A stretch of DNA of 64,000 nt from Octopus vulgaris (GCA_951406725.2 OX597828.1:25172001-25236000), one strand, 5' to 3'. Shown: positions 12,126-24,742, counted from the first letter of the stretch. Notes: a model not told the origin generated them from the letters alone. Numbers and translations are program-made.

Positions 12126-12732
12126 CACTTTACTTCAAAGTAATAGGAATGATAATTTAATAAAGTTAAAATGTAGAAAAATTTGTTTCTTTTTAGATAT
12201 GTATATGTGTTGTGATAGATTTTGCAGTAAACAATCTGAAGGAAAAAAAAACCTTTTTCTCTTTAAGATATCCTTTAATAGTACCCAAAATGAAAATTGA
12301 TCCAAAATGCAGCAAAATGATTATACAACAATACTGAGCAGACAGAGACTATGCAGGTATTATTTAATAATTCTTTTACTGAAAATTTTATTCTGAAAAA
12401 GAATTACTTGATTGTGTTTATTTACTACGTGGAGTTGCAAAATATTTTCATTTCTAGTTCTGCTGAATGCTACATTGTGATGCCTGTGAGACAGGGCAGG
12501 AAAAGGCAAGTATACTTCAACATGAGTGAATGTTTCCACTTGCTATTTTTTAATGATTATTGCAAAACTTGGAATAGCAGGAAGTTGATGTTTGTTTAAA
12601 GGAAAGTAAAGACTGATATCACTAAGTCTTTAATTTCAGAATGAATAGTATGTATCATTTATTACATAGTGTGTGTGTGCACGCGCATGTATATATGTAT
12701 GTATACGTATATATGTGTGTACATATGTATGT

Positions 12733-13160
12733 ATCATCATCATCACTTAACATCTGTCTTCCATGCTGGCATGGGTTTGACAGGAGCTGGCCAGGTAGAA
12801 GACTTCACTAAGCTGTGTCTGTTTTGGTTGGGTTTTTACTGCAGGATTCCCTTCCTAGTACCAATCACCCCATAGAGTGGACAGAGTGCTTTTTATGTGG
12901 CACGAGCACAGGTGAGGTTACTTTAGCATGGTCTTTACAGCTGGATGCCCTTCCAAATGCCAACCACTTCAGTGTGGACTGGATGCTTTTTGCATGGTAC
13001 CAGCACCTGCAGGGCCACCAAGTAACTTGGAAGACAAGGAATTTTGAGAGGGGAAGGGGCATTGGAGGATGTAATCTTGTGTCAGATGATGAAAGATTAA
13101 TGTGACTGAGAGACCGAGAAGCCAAAGCAGGTGTCTTGCTATTGAGGAGGTACATGTGCG
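12733..13160 (-). mobile_element. Degenerate non-autonomous element carrying the RTE 3' tail
   Basis: (CAT)n tail, ttccatgctggcatggg and cagctggatgcccttcc motifs shared with the RTE 3' ends. Confidence 0.6.
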
Positions 13161-13217
13161 TATATATATATGTGTGTATATATATATGTGTGTGTGTATA
13201 CATATGTATATAGATAT

Positions 13218-14570
13218 GCAAAGTCATGGAAAACATAGTCAGAAGGAAACTGATTGCATTCCTCAAAGATAATGACTCGCTCCCTGACACTGAGCATGGT
13301 TTCCACTCAGGAAGAAGCTGCCTTACACAACTTTTGCAGCATTATGGGTGTTGAAACAACCAACAAACCGCTCAATGTGGATGTGATATATTTTGACTTT
13401 GCAAAGGCTTTTGATAAGGTTGATCATGGGATATGTCACAAGCTACAGAGACTCATCATAGTCAGAAAACTAGGGGAGTGGTTATATGACTTCTAAAAAG
13501 GTGGAAGCCAGGCTCTGACAGCCAATGGAGCCCTCTCCAAAGGGACAGTAATAGTGAGTGGAGAGCCTCATGGAACTGTATTCAGTCCACTACTGTTCAT
13601 GGTGGCTCTTTCAGACATGCTATCAGTTACACAGACAGCCACACTTGCTAGTTATGCTGATGACACAAGAACAGTACAAGCAGTCGAGGAAACTTCTGGT
13701 GCTAATCTTCTACAGAAAGACCTAGATGCCATATGTAAATGGGCTGAAGAAAGCAACATGCAATTTAATTCAGGTAAATTCCAAGCCCTCTACTACCAGC
13801 TAATTGGTGCTCACATGCTGCAACAATGATACTTTGGACTAAACGGAATGGCAATCCCAGAGTCAAATACAGTGTGTGATCTGGGAATTGATATGTTTTA
13901 CGTACATATCACCAAGATGGTAGCAGTGTGGAGGCGAATGGCTAGATGGATTTTGAGAACCTTTTGAACAAGGGATCAGGAAACTACACTGGTTGTATGG
14001 AGGACATTTGTACTCTGCTGTCTGGACTACTGCTCTCAACTGTGGTCACCTACAGTGTCAAATTAATATTAGAACTTGAGGCAGTTAAGCAGTGATACAC
14101 CAAGAAGATTGCATCAACAGTTGAGCTACTGGGAGCAAAGACGGGAGACGTGTGTAGTGATATATGTAGATCCTGGAGAGGCTGGCACTAAACTTTGGTA
14201 TCAAGAGCTATACCAGCCCCCAGACTGGACATCATTGCACTGTTCCGAAAGGTCCCAGCTATCCTGTCCAGAGTGAGGACCATGTAATGCTATAGCTTGG
14301 GATTCCCATTCCACACAGCTAAATAATGTCTGGCCAAAATATCAAAGGGATCTTCATGGAGTAGGGATAGATATTTTCAGGAAACATCTTGATCTTCTGC
14401 TGTCCAAGGACCCAGATTTACCTATGTTACAGCAAGAAACTTAAGAGGCAATTGTGTCAAACCCTTTCCTTCATCAAAAGCCAATCATATAAGAATGGCC
14501 ACTGAAAAGGTGATGACATTGGCGTTACTCCAACTTGGCCAGAGCCTTTGGGCTGAAACATATAAAACAA
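13218..14570 (+). mobile_element. Degenerate CR1-type LINE, RT to 3' end
   Basis: DVIYFDFAKAFDKVDH, SGEPHGTVFSPLLF, SYADDT, WAEESNMQFNSGKFQ. 3' tail ggcgttactccaacttggccagagcctttgggctgaaaca. Confidence 0.88.
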
Positions 14571-14604
14571 TATATATATGTATGATATATAAATATATAT
14601 ATGT

Positions 14605-14656
<52 letters not shown>

Positions 14657-14765
14657 CACATGTATATATATATACACACACTTATATATACATATACATA
14701 TACATATATACATATATATATATACATATATATATATACATATACATATATATACATCTATACAT

Positions 14766-14790
<25 letters not shown>
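14570..14790. repeat. (TA)n/(CA)n/(TACATA)n compound microsatellite
   Basis: Directly visible. It generates the spurious YI-repeat ORFs. Confidence 0.92.
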
Positions 14791-14797
<7 letters not shown>

Positions 14798-14904
14798 GTG
14801 ACCGACCAGACTATCAGATGTTGTTACACACCGCTGCTCACAATGCGTTTGCATTGTTTCAGCCTTCGAATGACGCCACCCCTCTGGCTAAGCGAGCAGG
14901 CCAA

Positions 14905-14941
<37 letters not shown>

Positions 14942-14954
14942 AGATACACACACA

Positions 14955-15205
14955 AATATCTGAGATGTACATTTAGTAAATATAAAGGTAGATGTTTTAA
15001 ATAAACAACTTGATCTGCTGTCCAAGATCCCAGATGCACTTACTATCAGCAAGAAAGTTCATAAGAACGCAGGTGTGTGGAACTCCCCACTTCACACCAA
15101 AAGCCAATCGCATAAGAATGGTTACAGAAAAGGTGATTATACTGGCGGTGCTCCAGCATGGCTACGGCCTTTGGACTGAAACATATATAAGACCAAAATA
15201 AAAAG
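14955..15205 (+). mobile_element. CR1-type LINE 3' end fragment
   Basis: Similar to 14345-14570. Ends ggcggtgctccagcatggctacggcctttggactgaaaca..aaaataaaaa. Confidence 0.75.
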
Positions 15206-15349
15206 TGCACATGCACAGGAGCAAGTTGTAATTGACACCTATTTGTAGGCCTGTCACCAATACATGACTGAACAAGTTAATGAGAAGGCTCGAGCAGCAA
15301 GCGAGCAGGCCTTGGTGTTTGTTTTACCAGGAATACTGGTTTGACAAGT

Positions 15350-15990
15350 AGTGTTCATTGTGCAGATAGCACTTAAGTTATATGGTCACATCGATAACAT
15401 TACATGCATAGATATATACATGCATAAATATATGCACACACTTGGTTATGTACATCTACAAAGACATGTAAAAAAAGTAATGATGCGTACGTGCGCGTGA
15501 ACTAAAGGATCATATTCACAGGGAACATTAGTTCAGATGCAGGCCCCTACATATATCATCATCATCATCGTTTAACGTCCGCTTTCCATGCTAGCATGGG
15601 TTGGACGGTTCAACTGGGGTCTGGCAAGCCCGAAGGCTGCACCAGGCCAGTCAGATCTGGCAGTGTTTCTACAGCTGGATGCCCTTCCTAACGCCAACCA
15701 CTCCGAGAGTGTAGTGGGTGATTTTATGTGCCACCGACACAGGTGCCAGACGAGGCTGACAGACGGTCACGCTCGGATGGTGTTTTTTATGTGCCACCTA
15801 CACAGGTGCCAGACGAGGCTGGCAGACGGCCACGCTCGGATGGTGTTTTTTATGTGCCACCGACACAGGTGCCAGACGAGGCTGGCAGATGGCCACGCTC
15901 GGATGGTGTTTTCGGTGTTTTCTTATGTGCCAGACGTACATGTTATCGATGTGACCATATAACTTAAGTGCTATCTGCACAATGAACACT
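15350..15990. repeat. Perfect 51-bp inverted repeat pair (15350-15400 / 15940-15990)
   Basis: agtgttcattgtgcagatagcacttaagttatatggtcacatcgataacat and its exact reverse complement. No clear TSD. Confidence 0.9.
15556..15935 (-). mobile_element. 5'-truncated RTE 3'UTR with three 63-bp tandem units
   Basis: (CAT)n tail and conserved RTE terminus. atgtgccac recurs at 15726, 15789 and 15852. Confidence 0.88.
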
Positions 15991-17077
15991 CAATTACGCA
16001 TTTACAAATCCTTGGAACTGTCTTAACTCAAAAAAATCATGTTACTTTGCAACCGGCTTGAACAATACACACAAGAAGCAGCTAGTCAGGGTGTGATGTG
16101 AGGGAGATTAGGTTGCTTTTTTTCTACCGGTTTGAGCGAACTCTAAGTCTCCACCTCGTTTGGCTCAGTGTATCGTGTCAATGCAGTGTTGTTTAGTTTC
16201 AGGTCTATGAATGATCCATGTGTTCCAATCGATCTCTTCACGTGTACAATGCACCGAAGGCTACACCAACTATATCTTTAAGAAAGTAGGGTTTGATATG
16301 AGGGAGAGATTTGGCTACTATTTTTAGCATGCCGAACGACCGCGTAGTGTCTTCCGCAGTAAATACGCTGCAGAGTTCAGTGATGGTCATGGTTCCAATA
16401 TTTGTCACGCTTCAAATGAATGTTAGTGGAGGTCCCAAAGGCTGGTAAACTTTGATTTACTCATTTAAATAAGGCGAGGATTTGTCCTTTCTAAAACAAT
16501 TTAGGGAGTGTAAAAAGAAAAAAAACGAAAAAGTACCTCAGCAAAACAGCGGAACTACCGCCTCCCTACAGTCTCTCTCGCTCTATTTATACCGATGTAA
16601 ATATTTACATGTGTATATATACATACATGTATACATATATGCATATTTTGTTTATATATATATATATGTATACACACACACACATATATACACTGTGTGT
16701 GTTTGTGTGAAATGGGTGTATATCTAGTATCGAGCGCAGCTAAAGCGATTCATATAGTTCGATGACGAAACTATTCAATCAATACAGCTTTTAATGGAAA
16801 CGGGATTTAACAAGCTGGATCTTAAATATTTGAGTCCTGCTCAAGGCAACATCGTTTTAAATTAATTTTCTGATTCAAAAGATATACTCCTGACACAAAA
16901 TAAGACTTTCTCATACACATGAGCCCACATATGTAGTTAGCGTCCGAAAACACAGTTTCGGTCTAATTAAGATGAAGATATATATCCTCCTCCTACTACT
17001 ACTACTACTACCTGGTTGCTATTAGCAATAAATTACCAACTCAGGCCTTTGCTATATTTTCATTTTACTCCAGTGTG

Positions 17078-17136
<59 letters not shown>

Positions 17137-17164
17137 TTTATTCTAGAGAAGCCTTAAACCTACA

Positions 17165-17238
17165 GGTTTTGGGATCTGATGATACGCCGTAAAGCTTAAC
17201 CCTTTATGGACGTGAAACCTAAGGTAATCTCATAAACC
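17165..17238 (+). ncRNA. Type I hammerhead ribozyme, apparently intact
   Basis: Stem I ggttttgggat(17165-75)/atctcataaacc(17227-38). CTGATGA 17176-82, extra T, then stem II acg-ccgtaaag[cttaacc]ctttatgg-a-cgt. GAAA 17214-17, stem III acc[taa]ggt, cleavage triplet GTA (cut after 17226). Confidence 0.85.
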
Positions 17239-17263
17239 GGCCTTATCTAACTTTATATATATA

Positions 17264-17648
17264 AAGTGGCTGTGTGGTAAGTAGCTTGCTAACCAACCAC
17301 ATGGTTCCGGGTTCAGTCCCACTGCGTGGCATCTTGGGCAAGTGTCTTCTGCTATAACCCAGGGCCGACCAATGCCTTGTGAGTGGATTTGGTAGACGGA
17401 AACTGAAAGAAGCCTGTCGTATATATGTATATATGTGTGTGTGTGTGTGTCCCCCTAGCATTGCTTGACAACCGATGCTGGTGTGTTTACGTCTCCGTCA
17501 CTTAGCGGTTCGGCAAAAGAGACCGATAGAATAAGTACTGGGCTTACAAAGAATAAGTCCCGGGGTCGATTTGCTCGACTAAAGGCGGTGCTCCAGCATG
17601 GCCGCAGTCAAATGACTGAAACAAGTAAAAGAGTAAAGAGTAAAGATA
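17264..17648 (+). mobile_element. tRNA-derived SINE with CORE-like domain, internal (TG)n and CR1-type tail
   Basis: A box tggctgtgtgg, B box ggttcagtccc, then cttgggcaagtgtcttct. Tail ggcggtgctccagcatggccgcagtcaaatgactgaaac with (agtaaag)n. A full reverse copy lies at 56988-57415. Confidence 0.88.
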
Positions 17649-17656
17649 TATATAGT

Positions 17657-17800
17657 AGAGGTGTGTGGCTTAGTGATCAGGGGGTGTTGGACTCAGGATT
17701 GTGGTTTCGATTCCTAGGTCCGGCGATGCGCCGTCTTCTTGAGCAAAATTCTTCATTTCACGTTGCTTCAGTTCATTCAGCTGGCAAGAATGAGTATCCC
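17657..17800 (+). mobile_element. Degenerate tRNA-SINE head, related to 52820-53206
   Basis: tggcttagtg..ggactc..ggtttcgattcc..ttgagcaaaa. Confidence 0.55.
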
Positions 17801-18563
17801 TGCTTCGGATCGGCGCCCAGTCCATGGGGGGTGGGGTGGGGAATATATACGCATAAAGATCTGGGATACCGACCGTACGATTCTATATGACTCGGGAAGG
17901 AGCTTTATTTTTATATTTTTTAGAATACCACCAGCTTTGGCATCTCGTAAGACATACGCTGTTCTCTCTGAAAATCTTAGCCATGACATTGCAACCCTAC
18001 GTAATACATTGATATATTATTTCTCGAGTGATTTACAGAATATAACTTTTATGTCCAAGAAACACTACTTAATTGATCCATCACCTTTATCCAGACAGGG
18101 AAGTTTTTGAATTCTCTCTCACAAAATGCTATTAAAAAGTGTGTGTGTGTGTGTGACGTTGTTGACATATCACAGTTGTGATCTGTACCGCATTTACGAT
18201 TGAAACGTGGCCCATAACCTGGTACAAATAGCTACCAAATTTCCCTTAAATCACAACTGCTGTCTGGGTAATGCAGTACACTATCAATAGATTAAGAAAG
18301 AAAGACGAGATGGTCGAGGCTGGAACACGTTCGATCATTTGGTTCTGCTCCTCTGACTTGGATTGTTAAACAGCATTTGCAAGCCTCTAATTGGGGTTTC
18401 GTCTCGCTAGAAACAACAGCCATTTCAATTAAATAAGGAAAGGAAACGACTGGAATGCCCTTTAATCGTAAGTCGGCGAAAGTAAAGAATACGTACACCC
18501 GGTGTTTAGGGTTAGGGTTTTTGTTACGCCGAAAACGGGTGATGTACGCCCTCGATTAGGCGG

Positions 18564-19208
18564 TGGTACTATGGGCGGAGGTAAAAAAATCATCTTTGCG
18601 ATGTTTTTTAAAAAAATTAATTTTTACAGGAACACACTATATCGAGGGCGGAGATTTCCAATCTGTAAAAAGAAAAAAAAATCTGCATTTCAAAATTTTA
18701 ATCCCCCCCAACCCACCCCGGCATAATTTTCTTAAACTTTCACTTGTGGTTGAGGGTCTTTTGGAATTAAGAGAGGTATGTAAATATTAGATTTTTACAC
18801 ACAATAAAATGGCATTAAAAAGATTTTTTTTCCTCTTTTGGTAATTCATATTTAAAATGTTGGTCCTCGGTTTGGCTGTTGTTTCTAGCTTGTCAGATTT
18901 CCGGTTGGGGCGGATTTAAATTTTGAATTTTTTTTCTTCTTTGCTAACTAGTATTAAAATTTGAAAACGCGTTTCTAGCATGTCAGGTTTTCAAAAATTT
19001 TATTTTAAAAAGTTAAAATTTAAGATATTTATTGGGGGGTGGGTGGGTGAAGAGGGGGGGATTTAAAATTTGAAATGCAGATTTTTTTTTTGCATATTCG
19101 GAATCTCCGCCCTCGATATAGTGTGTTCCTGTAAAAATAACCCCCCGCTCCTCCTCAAAAAATCCCCCAAAAGGGGGCGGTCCATGATCTTTACCTCCGC
19201 CGGTACCA
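18564..19208. mobile_element. MITE/foldback element with ~150-bp imperfect TIRs
   Basis: Left tggtac..ggcggaggtaaa..tttttacaggaacacactatatcgagggcggagatt..atctgcatttcaaa mirrors right tttgaaatgcagat..aatctccgccctcgatatagtgtgttcctgtaaaaa..tttacctccgccggtacca. Confidence 0.8.
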
Positions 19209-19404
19209 TTTGGATAAGCAAGTTCTTCATTTCATTCGTATTATCTTTCTGATCAGTTAATAAACCTTTCAGCTCGATATTTCATTATTTACTAAACTGC
19301 CGTATAAAGATGTTTACTTTGTATTAATTAGCTTCAACAAAGCAAAACTTCTTGTAGTAGCTTAATCGCATTTTAAAAATCTATATTTAGTTTTATACAG
19401 GGTG

Positions 19405-19509
19405 GAGAAGAAGGTTGCGATTCCGATCTCTTCTGTTTGGCTTTCGCCTTTCAATTCTAAAACTTCAAAAAAGTGAAGCCAAACAAGAAAAGATCCTGCG
19501 ATTCTTCTT
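19405..19509 (+). ncRNA. Candidate pri-miRNA-like hairpin
   Basis: Upper stem gatctcttctgtttggctttcgc (19425-47) pairs with gtgaagccaaacaagaaaagatc (19473-95). Lower stem agaagaaggttgcg/tgcgattcttct. Several G:U pairs work only on the + strand. Confidence 0.3.
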
Positions 19510-19611
19510 AAAGAAGCTAACGGAGGCGACTATGGTTGTTTCGACCCGCAAGAAATAGCAGTGTTATCTCTGAAAATCACATCCTATTATCTAAATAAAA
19601 TCAATGTCATA

Positions 19612-19657
<46 letters not shown>

Positions 19658-20696
19658 GCACACATACAACATGACAAGCTGAGCACGGTTGAAACACCCT
19701 TGATCATTGATTTGTTTACTCAAGGCTCACTCACCTGTGGCTAAACTACAACAGCACTGATATGTTTCACGACATATATGTATTAAATACCACTAGCAAC
19801 ACCATAAATTTCTCTTAATGACACTTCCTTCACCCATTTTATTACATTAAGAGCCGATCTATTCACAACGAGGCCGCGACCCCTTACACGCTAAGATTGC
19901 AAACTCCCAGTTTATCGTGACCCAGTTTTGATATTTGGTTTTAGCTGCTATGCCTGTGCTCCATTCACTCTGATACGTTTTGTTAGTCAATAACATTTTC
20001 CCCCCAACTTCAATTTCTTCTCCTTGGAACTAACTCATAGAGATATCACCCCCCCCCATGGAAGCTGTAAGCATTAGTTTATGTCACAAATGCAAATATT
20101 CATCCAGTTACACTCTGGTTGTATCGGTAGTATTATGTTCATTAGAACTTTCGAATGCGACTAGTGATGTGCGTTGAAACACATCAAAATTTGAAAATAT
20201 AAAGCGGAGATATTAGCAACGTCAGTGAGTGGAGAGATGGAAACTATAATAACGTTTTCTGCTGAGAATGAATGCCCTTTATCGAAGAAAGGATATTTCG
20301 TTACCTGGAATTGTTTTATCTACGATAAGAGGTAGTTGGCACACACGTTAGAACACCCGACAAAATGTTACTGAATATTAGTTACGGCCCTTTACATATC
20401 CATTTCAAATCCTACCGAGGTGAACTTTGCCTTTCCGGGATCAATAATTAAGTACTGGATTGCTTTTTTATGTTCCTGTAATGCATGCATATCGGATGTG
20501 AATGGAATGACATATTGTAGAAGACTTCGCAGGCATCGATAAGCACTTCTAAATTATTAATAAATTGCACACTTTTTATAAATATAAATAAATTAATGAT
20601 TAAGAATTTTGTAAAATAAATAAATACAACCATGTAAATAACAAATGAGAAAAGCAAGTGAATCCACTGAAAGGAACCGAACCAGCTTTTGCTTAC

Positions 20697-20734
20697 CGAG
20701 CAATATATAGCTACTAATAATCAAATAATATATA
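20697..20734 (-). other. Candidate short exon (38 nt) of a minus-strand transcript
   Basis: On the minus strand: acceptor tcttctcccgccctcttttgcag| and donor cg|gtaagc. An upstream 89-nt intron candidate (20823-20735) begins gtatgt. Confidence 0.35.
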
Positions 20735-20899
20735 CTGCAAAAGAGGGCGGGAGAAGACGGGAGTATTATACTTTAAGTAAATGAATTAAACGTTGGAAAA
20801 TAGAGTAAAAATAAGGCACATACAATTGGGTGGTAATGGCGCTGAAAACCGAGTCCTAAATTAACTGAAAATAATTAATTGATACTTTGTATTTGATAA

Positions 20900-21406
20900 A
20901 CTGGTTTGAACTAATTAATGTAACTGAAAGTACAAAGTTTCCGATTCACGCATGAGTGGAGAAAGTGAAAGAATTATGTTCCTCTTCGACGGTACAATAA
21001 TTATACACAAGAATTAAAAAAATATATATTTTTGGAAGTGGTGGTGGTAGAATCAACGTTTGCTTTCAGCCATGTATCCGCGTTTTATTTACTGATTCAC
21101 ACACATTCACACGGTCCTCTCCGCTAACATTCCTCTAGCTTTGGATAACCAGTTCCACTGACATGTGCCCGACATGTGTAGTATCTGATAGGGAGATACG
21201 AAATAGTGATTTAGCCACAATGATATTACATAGTGTTACAACAGAACGTGCATATAATTTTTTTTTTATACTCTTACAATTAAAAAAAAAAAAAATTAAC
21301 AGATTCTTTTTAAATACACACACACACACATATATATTATTATTATTTTTTTTAATTTATGGCTCCTTTCATCATTATTGCCTTTGATTGTGAATTGGTG
21401 GTATGT
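20900..21406. promoter_or_regulatory. Candidate divergent promoter / first-exon region
   Basis: Lies within a CpG-retaining stretch (~16-25 kb, judged by eye) and has an ETS-like GGAAGT at ~21034. Minus-strand splice signals lie to the left; a plus-strand donor gtg|gtatgt at 21401 is followed by T-rich intron-like DNA. Confidence 0.3.
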
Positions 21407-22410
21407 AATTTTTGTTGTTGGTCCATTAAGCAGTTTGTGACTTGTGGTTAACTGTTGTTTCGTAAACGGTTGGTAGTGGTGGTTGCGCTGATATTATCAT
21501 ATCTGGCGCATGTTCTATATATGTGCTTGGCGACTTCCTTTTTAATTCTATCTGCCATGATAGCCTCAACCCCCCTCCAAAAACATTTTTTTAACCCCCA
21601 AAATAACTATTGAAACTATAGCAGTATTTTGGTAAATATATACCCATTTATTTTATTTGTTGTCGTTTTTCTCTTCCAGTATCTTGATGCGAACGTTTGT
21701 TTGTGTGTGGGGAGAGAGGTATTGACTAATTTAGGCTTCTTGTTGCGAATGGTTTGTTGTTCTTAATTTACATATTGATATGTAGATAAATGTGTGCATC
21801 GACACATACGCTGAAGGTGTGTGCATGTAGTGAACAAGAACGGGGAAAACGTTAGACACAAAACATATTGCATTCACGTGAATGTGTATTTTTAGTTATA
21901 CATGTTCTGTAAATGTAAATCTGCTTAGATGTATGTGAATCACGAATACATTTGTGATATATATATGTGTGTCTGTATTTCGTATATGTATATCATAAAG
22001 AACCTTCGTTCTAGGTGTGAATGAACTGAAAGTTTGCCATGTGGATGTTTGACTACTAGCAGTAGTATAACAATAATTGTGTTAATATTGTGGGCGTATA
22101 GTAGATAGCCCTTGTTTTTAATTGCTTCAATGTCCTTTTGCTGGGTTTTTTCTTTTTTTTTTTTACAAATCGAAGTTAATTAAATCAATACTGCCGTGTT
22201 TTCGAGGAGTGGTACGAAAACGTGATTATACACACACGCACACACACACATATATATATATTTTAAATGTGTGTATACATAATCTCTAGAGTCCAAACGA
22301 AATTCAACTCATTAATTATAAGATAAAAAGGAAACTAACAAAAGGACGAATTCATTTCGACATTCTCTCTCTCTTTCTCTAGTAAACTTGGCTGTTGTGT
22401 ATGTGTATAT

Positions 22411-22482
<72 letters not shown>

Positions 22483-24742
22483 CAACTACTATGCATTTCA
22501 ACTGCTGCTCTTGTAGTTTTTATTGTTTGTATTGCTCATGTCATCGTTGCTTTTAGCATTGCTTTTGATGTTTTAATTATTCCTTATATATGCTTTCTAT
22601 CGCCCAAGTTATGTTATATACTATTAGTTCGTTAATTATTATCATGTCATCACTTTGTTGTAGCTTCTGAATGATGAAATCTGAAAGTGTTTATAAACGA
22701 TATACCATTTACGTCATTGATCAAAGTCCTTTCCAGAGAATGGCATGAATGTCAAAACCCTCCCATTTCCCTTGTAATGTGGTTTCACGCTTCTTCCCAA
22801 GTCTATTACGAAATTGTCTTATTTTTCAAAATGTGTTTTAATATATATACGTTTAATAAATAAATAAATAAATATAAATATATATATATCTATCAATAGT
22901 AAGTAGGATCGTCATCACCAGAAGAATGTGGCGTGAAACATTGCATCTCTCGCGCAAATACACACAGACACACACACACATTCTCTTTCTCTCTCTCTGC
23001 CATTGTTATAGTAGTAATTTTTACTGACTATTTAACTGTCTATTTATCTATTTTACTCGCCAATATCTCTCCTCTCCTCTCCTCTCTATTCTCTCGCTGC
23101 ATCGTTAGCCTTTCTAGCTCAGCTCACTTCACTTCGTTTCACTAGCTCTCACTCAGTCACTGACTGACTGGTTTGGTTTGTGTAGTAAACGTTTCATCTC
23201 GCAACCATCAAGATTACAAGAAACAACATTGCCTGCTGTTCACTTCTTTGTCGCCACTTTTATTTCTCTGTTCTTCTCTACTCTCTCTCTCTCATTCTCA
23301 GTATAGTATTTATTGTTTCCTCCCCATTCCTCCACCTTTATTCATGTTTCTTCTCTACTCTCACTGTTTAAAGGCAGTTTTTTATTATTTTTTTTTAAAT
23401 AATGTGATTGATTCTTTAAACAAAAAAAGAAAGAAAGAAAGAATAAAAGAACCTAGTATCAGTTGCTACTGAATCCTATCTATACATTATTATTGTGACC
23501 AATAAAAGAAATTATTTAATAAGTCTATTGCTAGGTCATTGTTGATTTCTCGGATGGAGCCATTTCGTTTCTTTTTCATTCAAGCCACTTAATGTTCGCT
23601 TTTGAAAAAGGCTTGAACATCATCAATTCTCCTCTTCTCTCTCTCTCTCTCTCTCTCTCTTCCTCTCTCGTTACCTTTCAAATCACTGACTTCGCCATGT
23701 CTATGTGAGAAACCATTGTATACAAGTACAATGAAAGTTGATTAGTGATAATAATTATTTCTGATATGGTGTTCAAGGCCATACATTTGGTGTTTGGATA
23801 CAGCCGATTTTAATTGACCCCCCAGTATTTCATTTTAACCACCCTAGCAGAATTTGAACTTAGAATGTAGAGAAATGTAACTCAACACCGTAAACCTTAT
23901 TTTTTTTTTTCAGGCGCTTTACTGATTCTACCTATCCCTCATTGCCCTTTTATATAAATGATGATGATACTACTACTACTACTACTTCTATAAATAATAA
24001 TGAGAATAATTTTATATCTTGAGGATATGTGATTTAAAGTGTGAAGCACTAAAGCTATGCAGGAAGGAAAGTGATCTGTACGTAAGAGAACTTGTCTTCT
24101 CTGACCAAACTGCATTCTGCGACTGACTGACTTGAGTGACCATTAGTAGTTGGATCTGCTTCTTTGAGAATATTCTTACTCTACTCATGCTCACACTGCT
24201 TGCAACTGTTTAAAGAATAGCTTGTGAGAATAATTCATATAGCCATCTCTTTGTGTATTCGTATATAATTTGTCAATTCATCTAACCGTCTATTCATTTT
24301 GTCTTCTTATATAATTGTCTATTTTTTGTCTGTCTGTCTCTTTCACTATGTGTGTGGTGTGTATATATATTTATATATAAATATATATATAGTTGCATTT
24401 ATCTATTTCAATTCGTCTGCTTCTCTAAAGATCTATCGATTTATTTATACGTTTATCAGTCGAAATACCCTTTTTTTTTCGTTTTTACTCAATTTCGTTC
24501 TAAAACTTAAACACCTTCACATTGTAACGTTCACTTAGAAATCGCTGCCCTTCTTCCGCCCCAGTTTCCACTGATTAACACACCCTATAATGAGACACCG
24601 ACTTCATCTTACCCCAGTTCTATTTCGTGTATTGCTGAGTAAAACTGTGTATTTGTAGAAATACCGTATATAAGTTGCTTTTCATTCCACATGTGTATAT
24701 ATGCATATTTATGTGTGTGTTTGTATATATATATATATATAT

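Noticed and set aside
14457-15004. Long YI/VY-repeat ORFs (also near 6.4, 7.6, 9.8, 26.2 and 40.5 kb)
   Set aside because: Translations of dinucleotide microsatellites.
21163-21387. 74-aa ORF near the putative promoter
   Set aside because: Runs through poly-T, poly-A and (CA)n tracts; at most an upstream ORF in a UTR.
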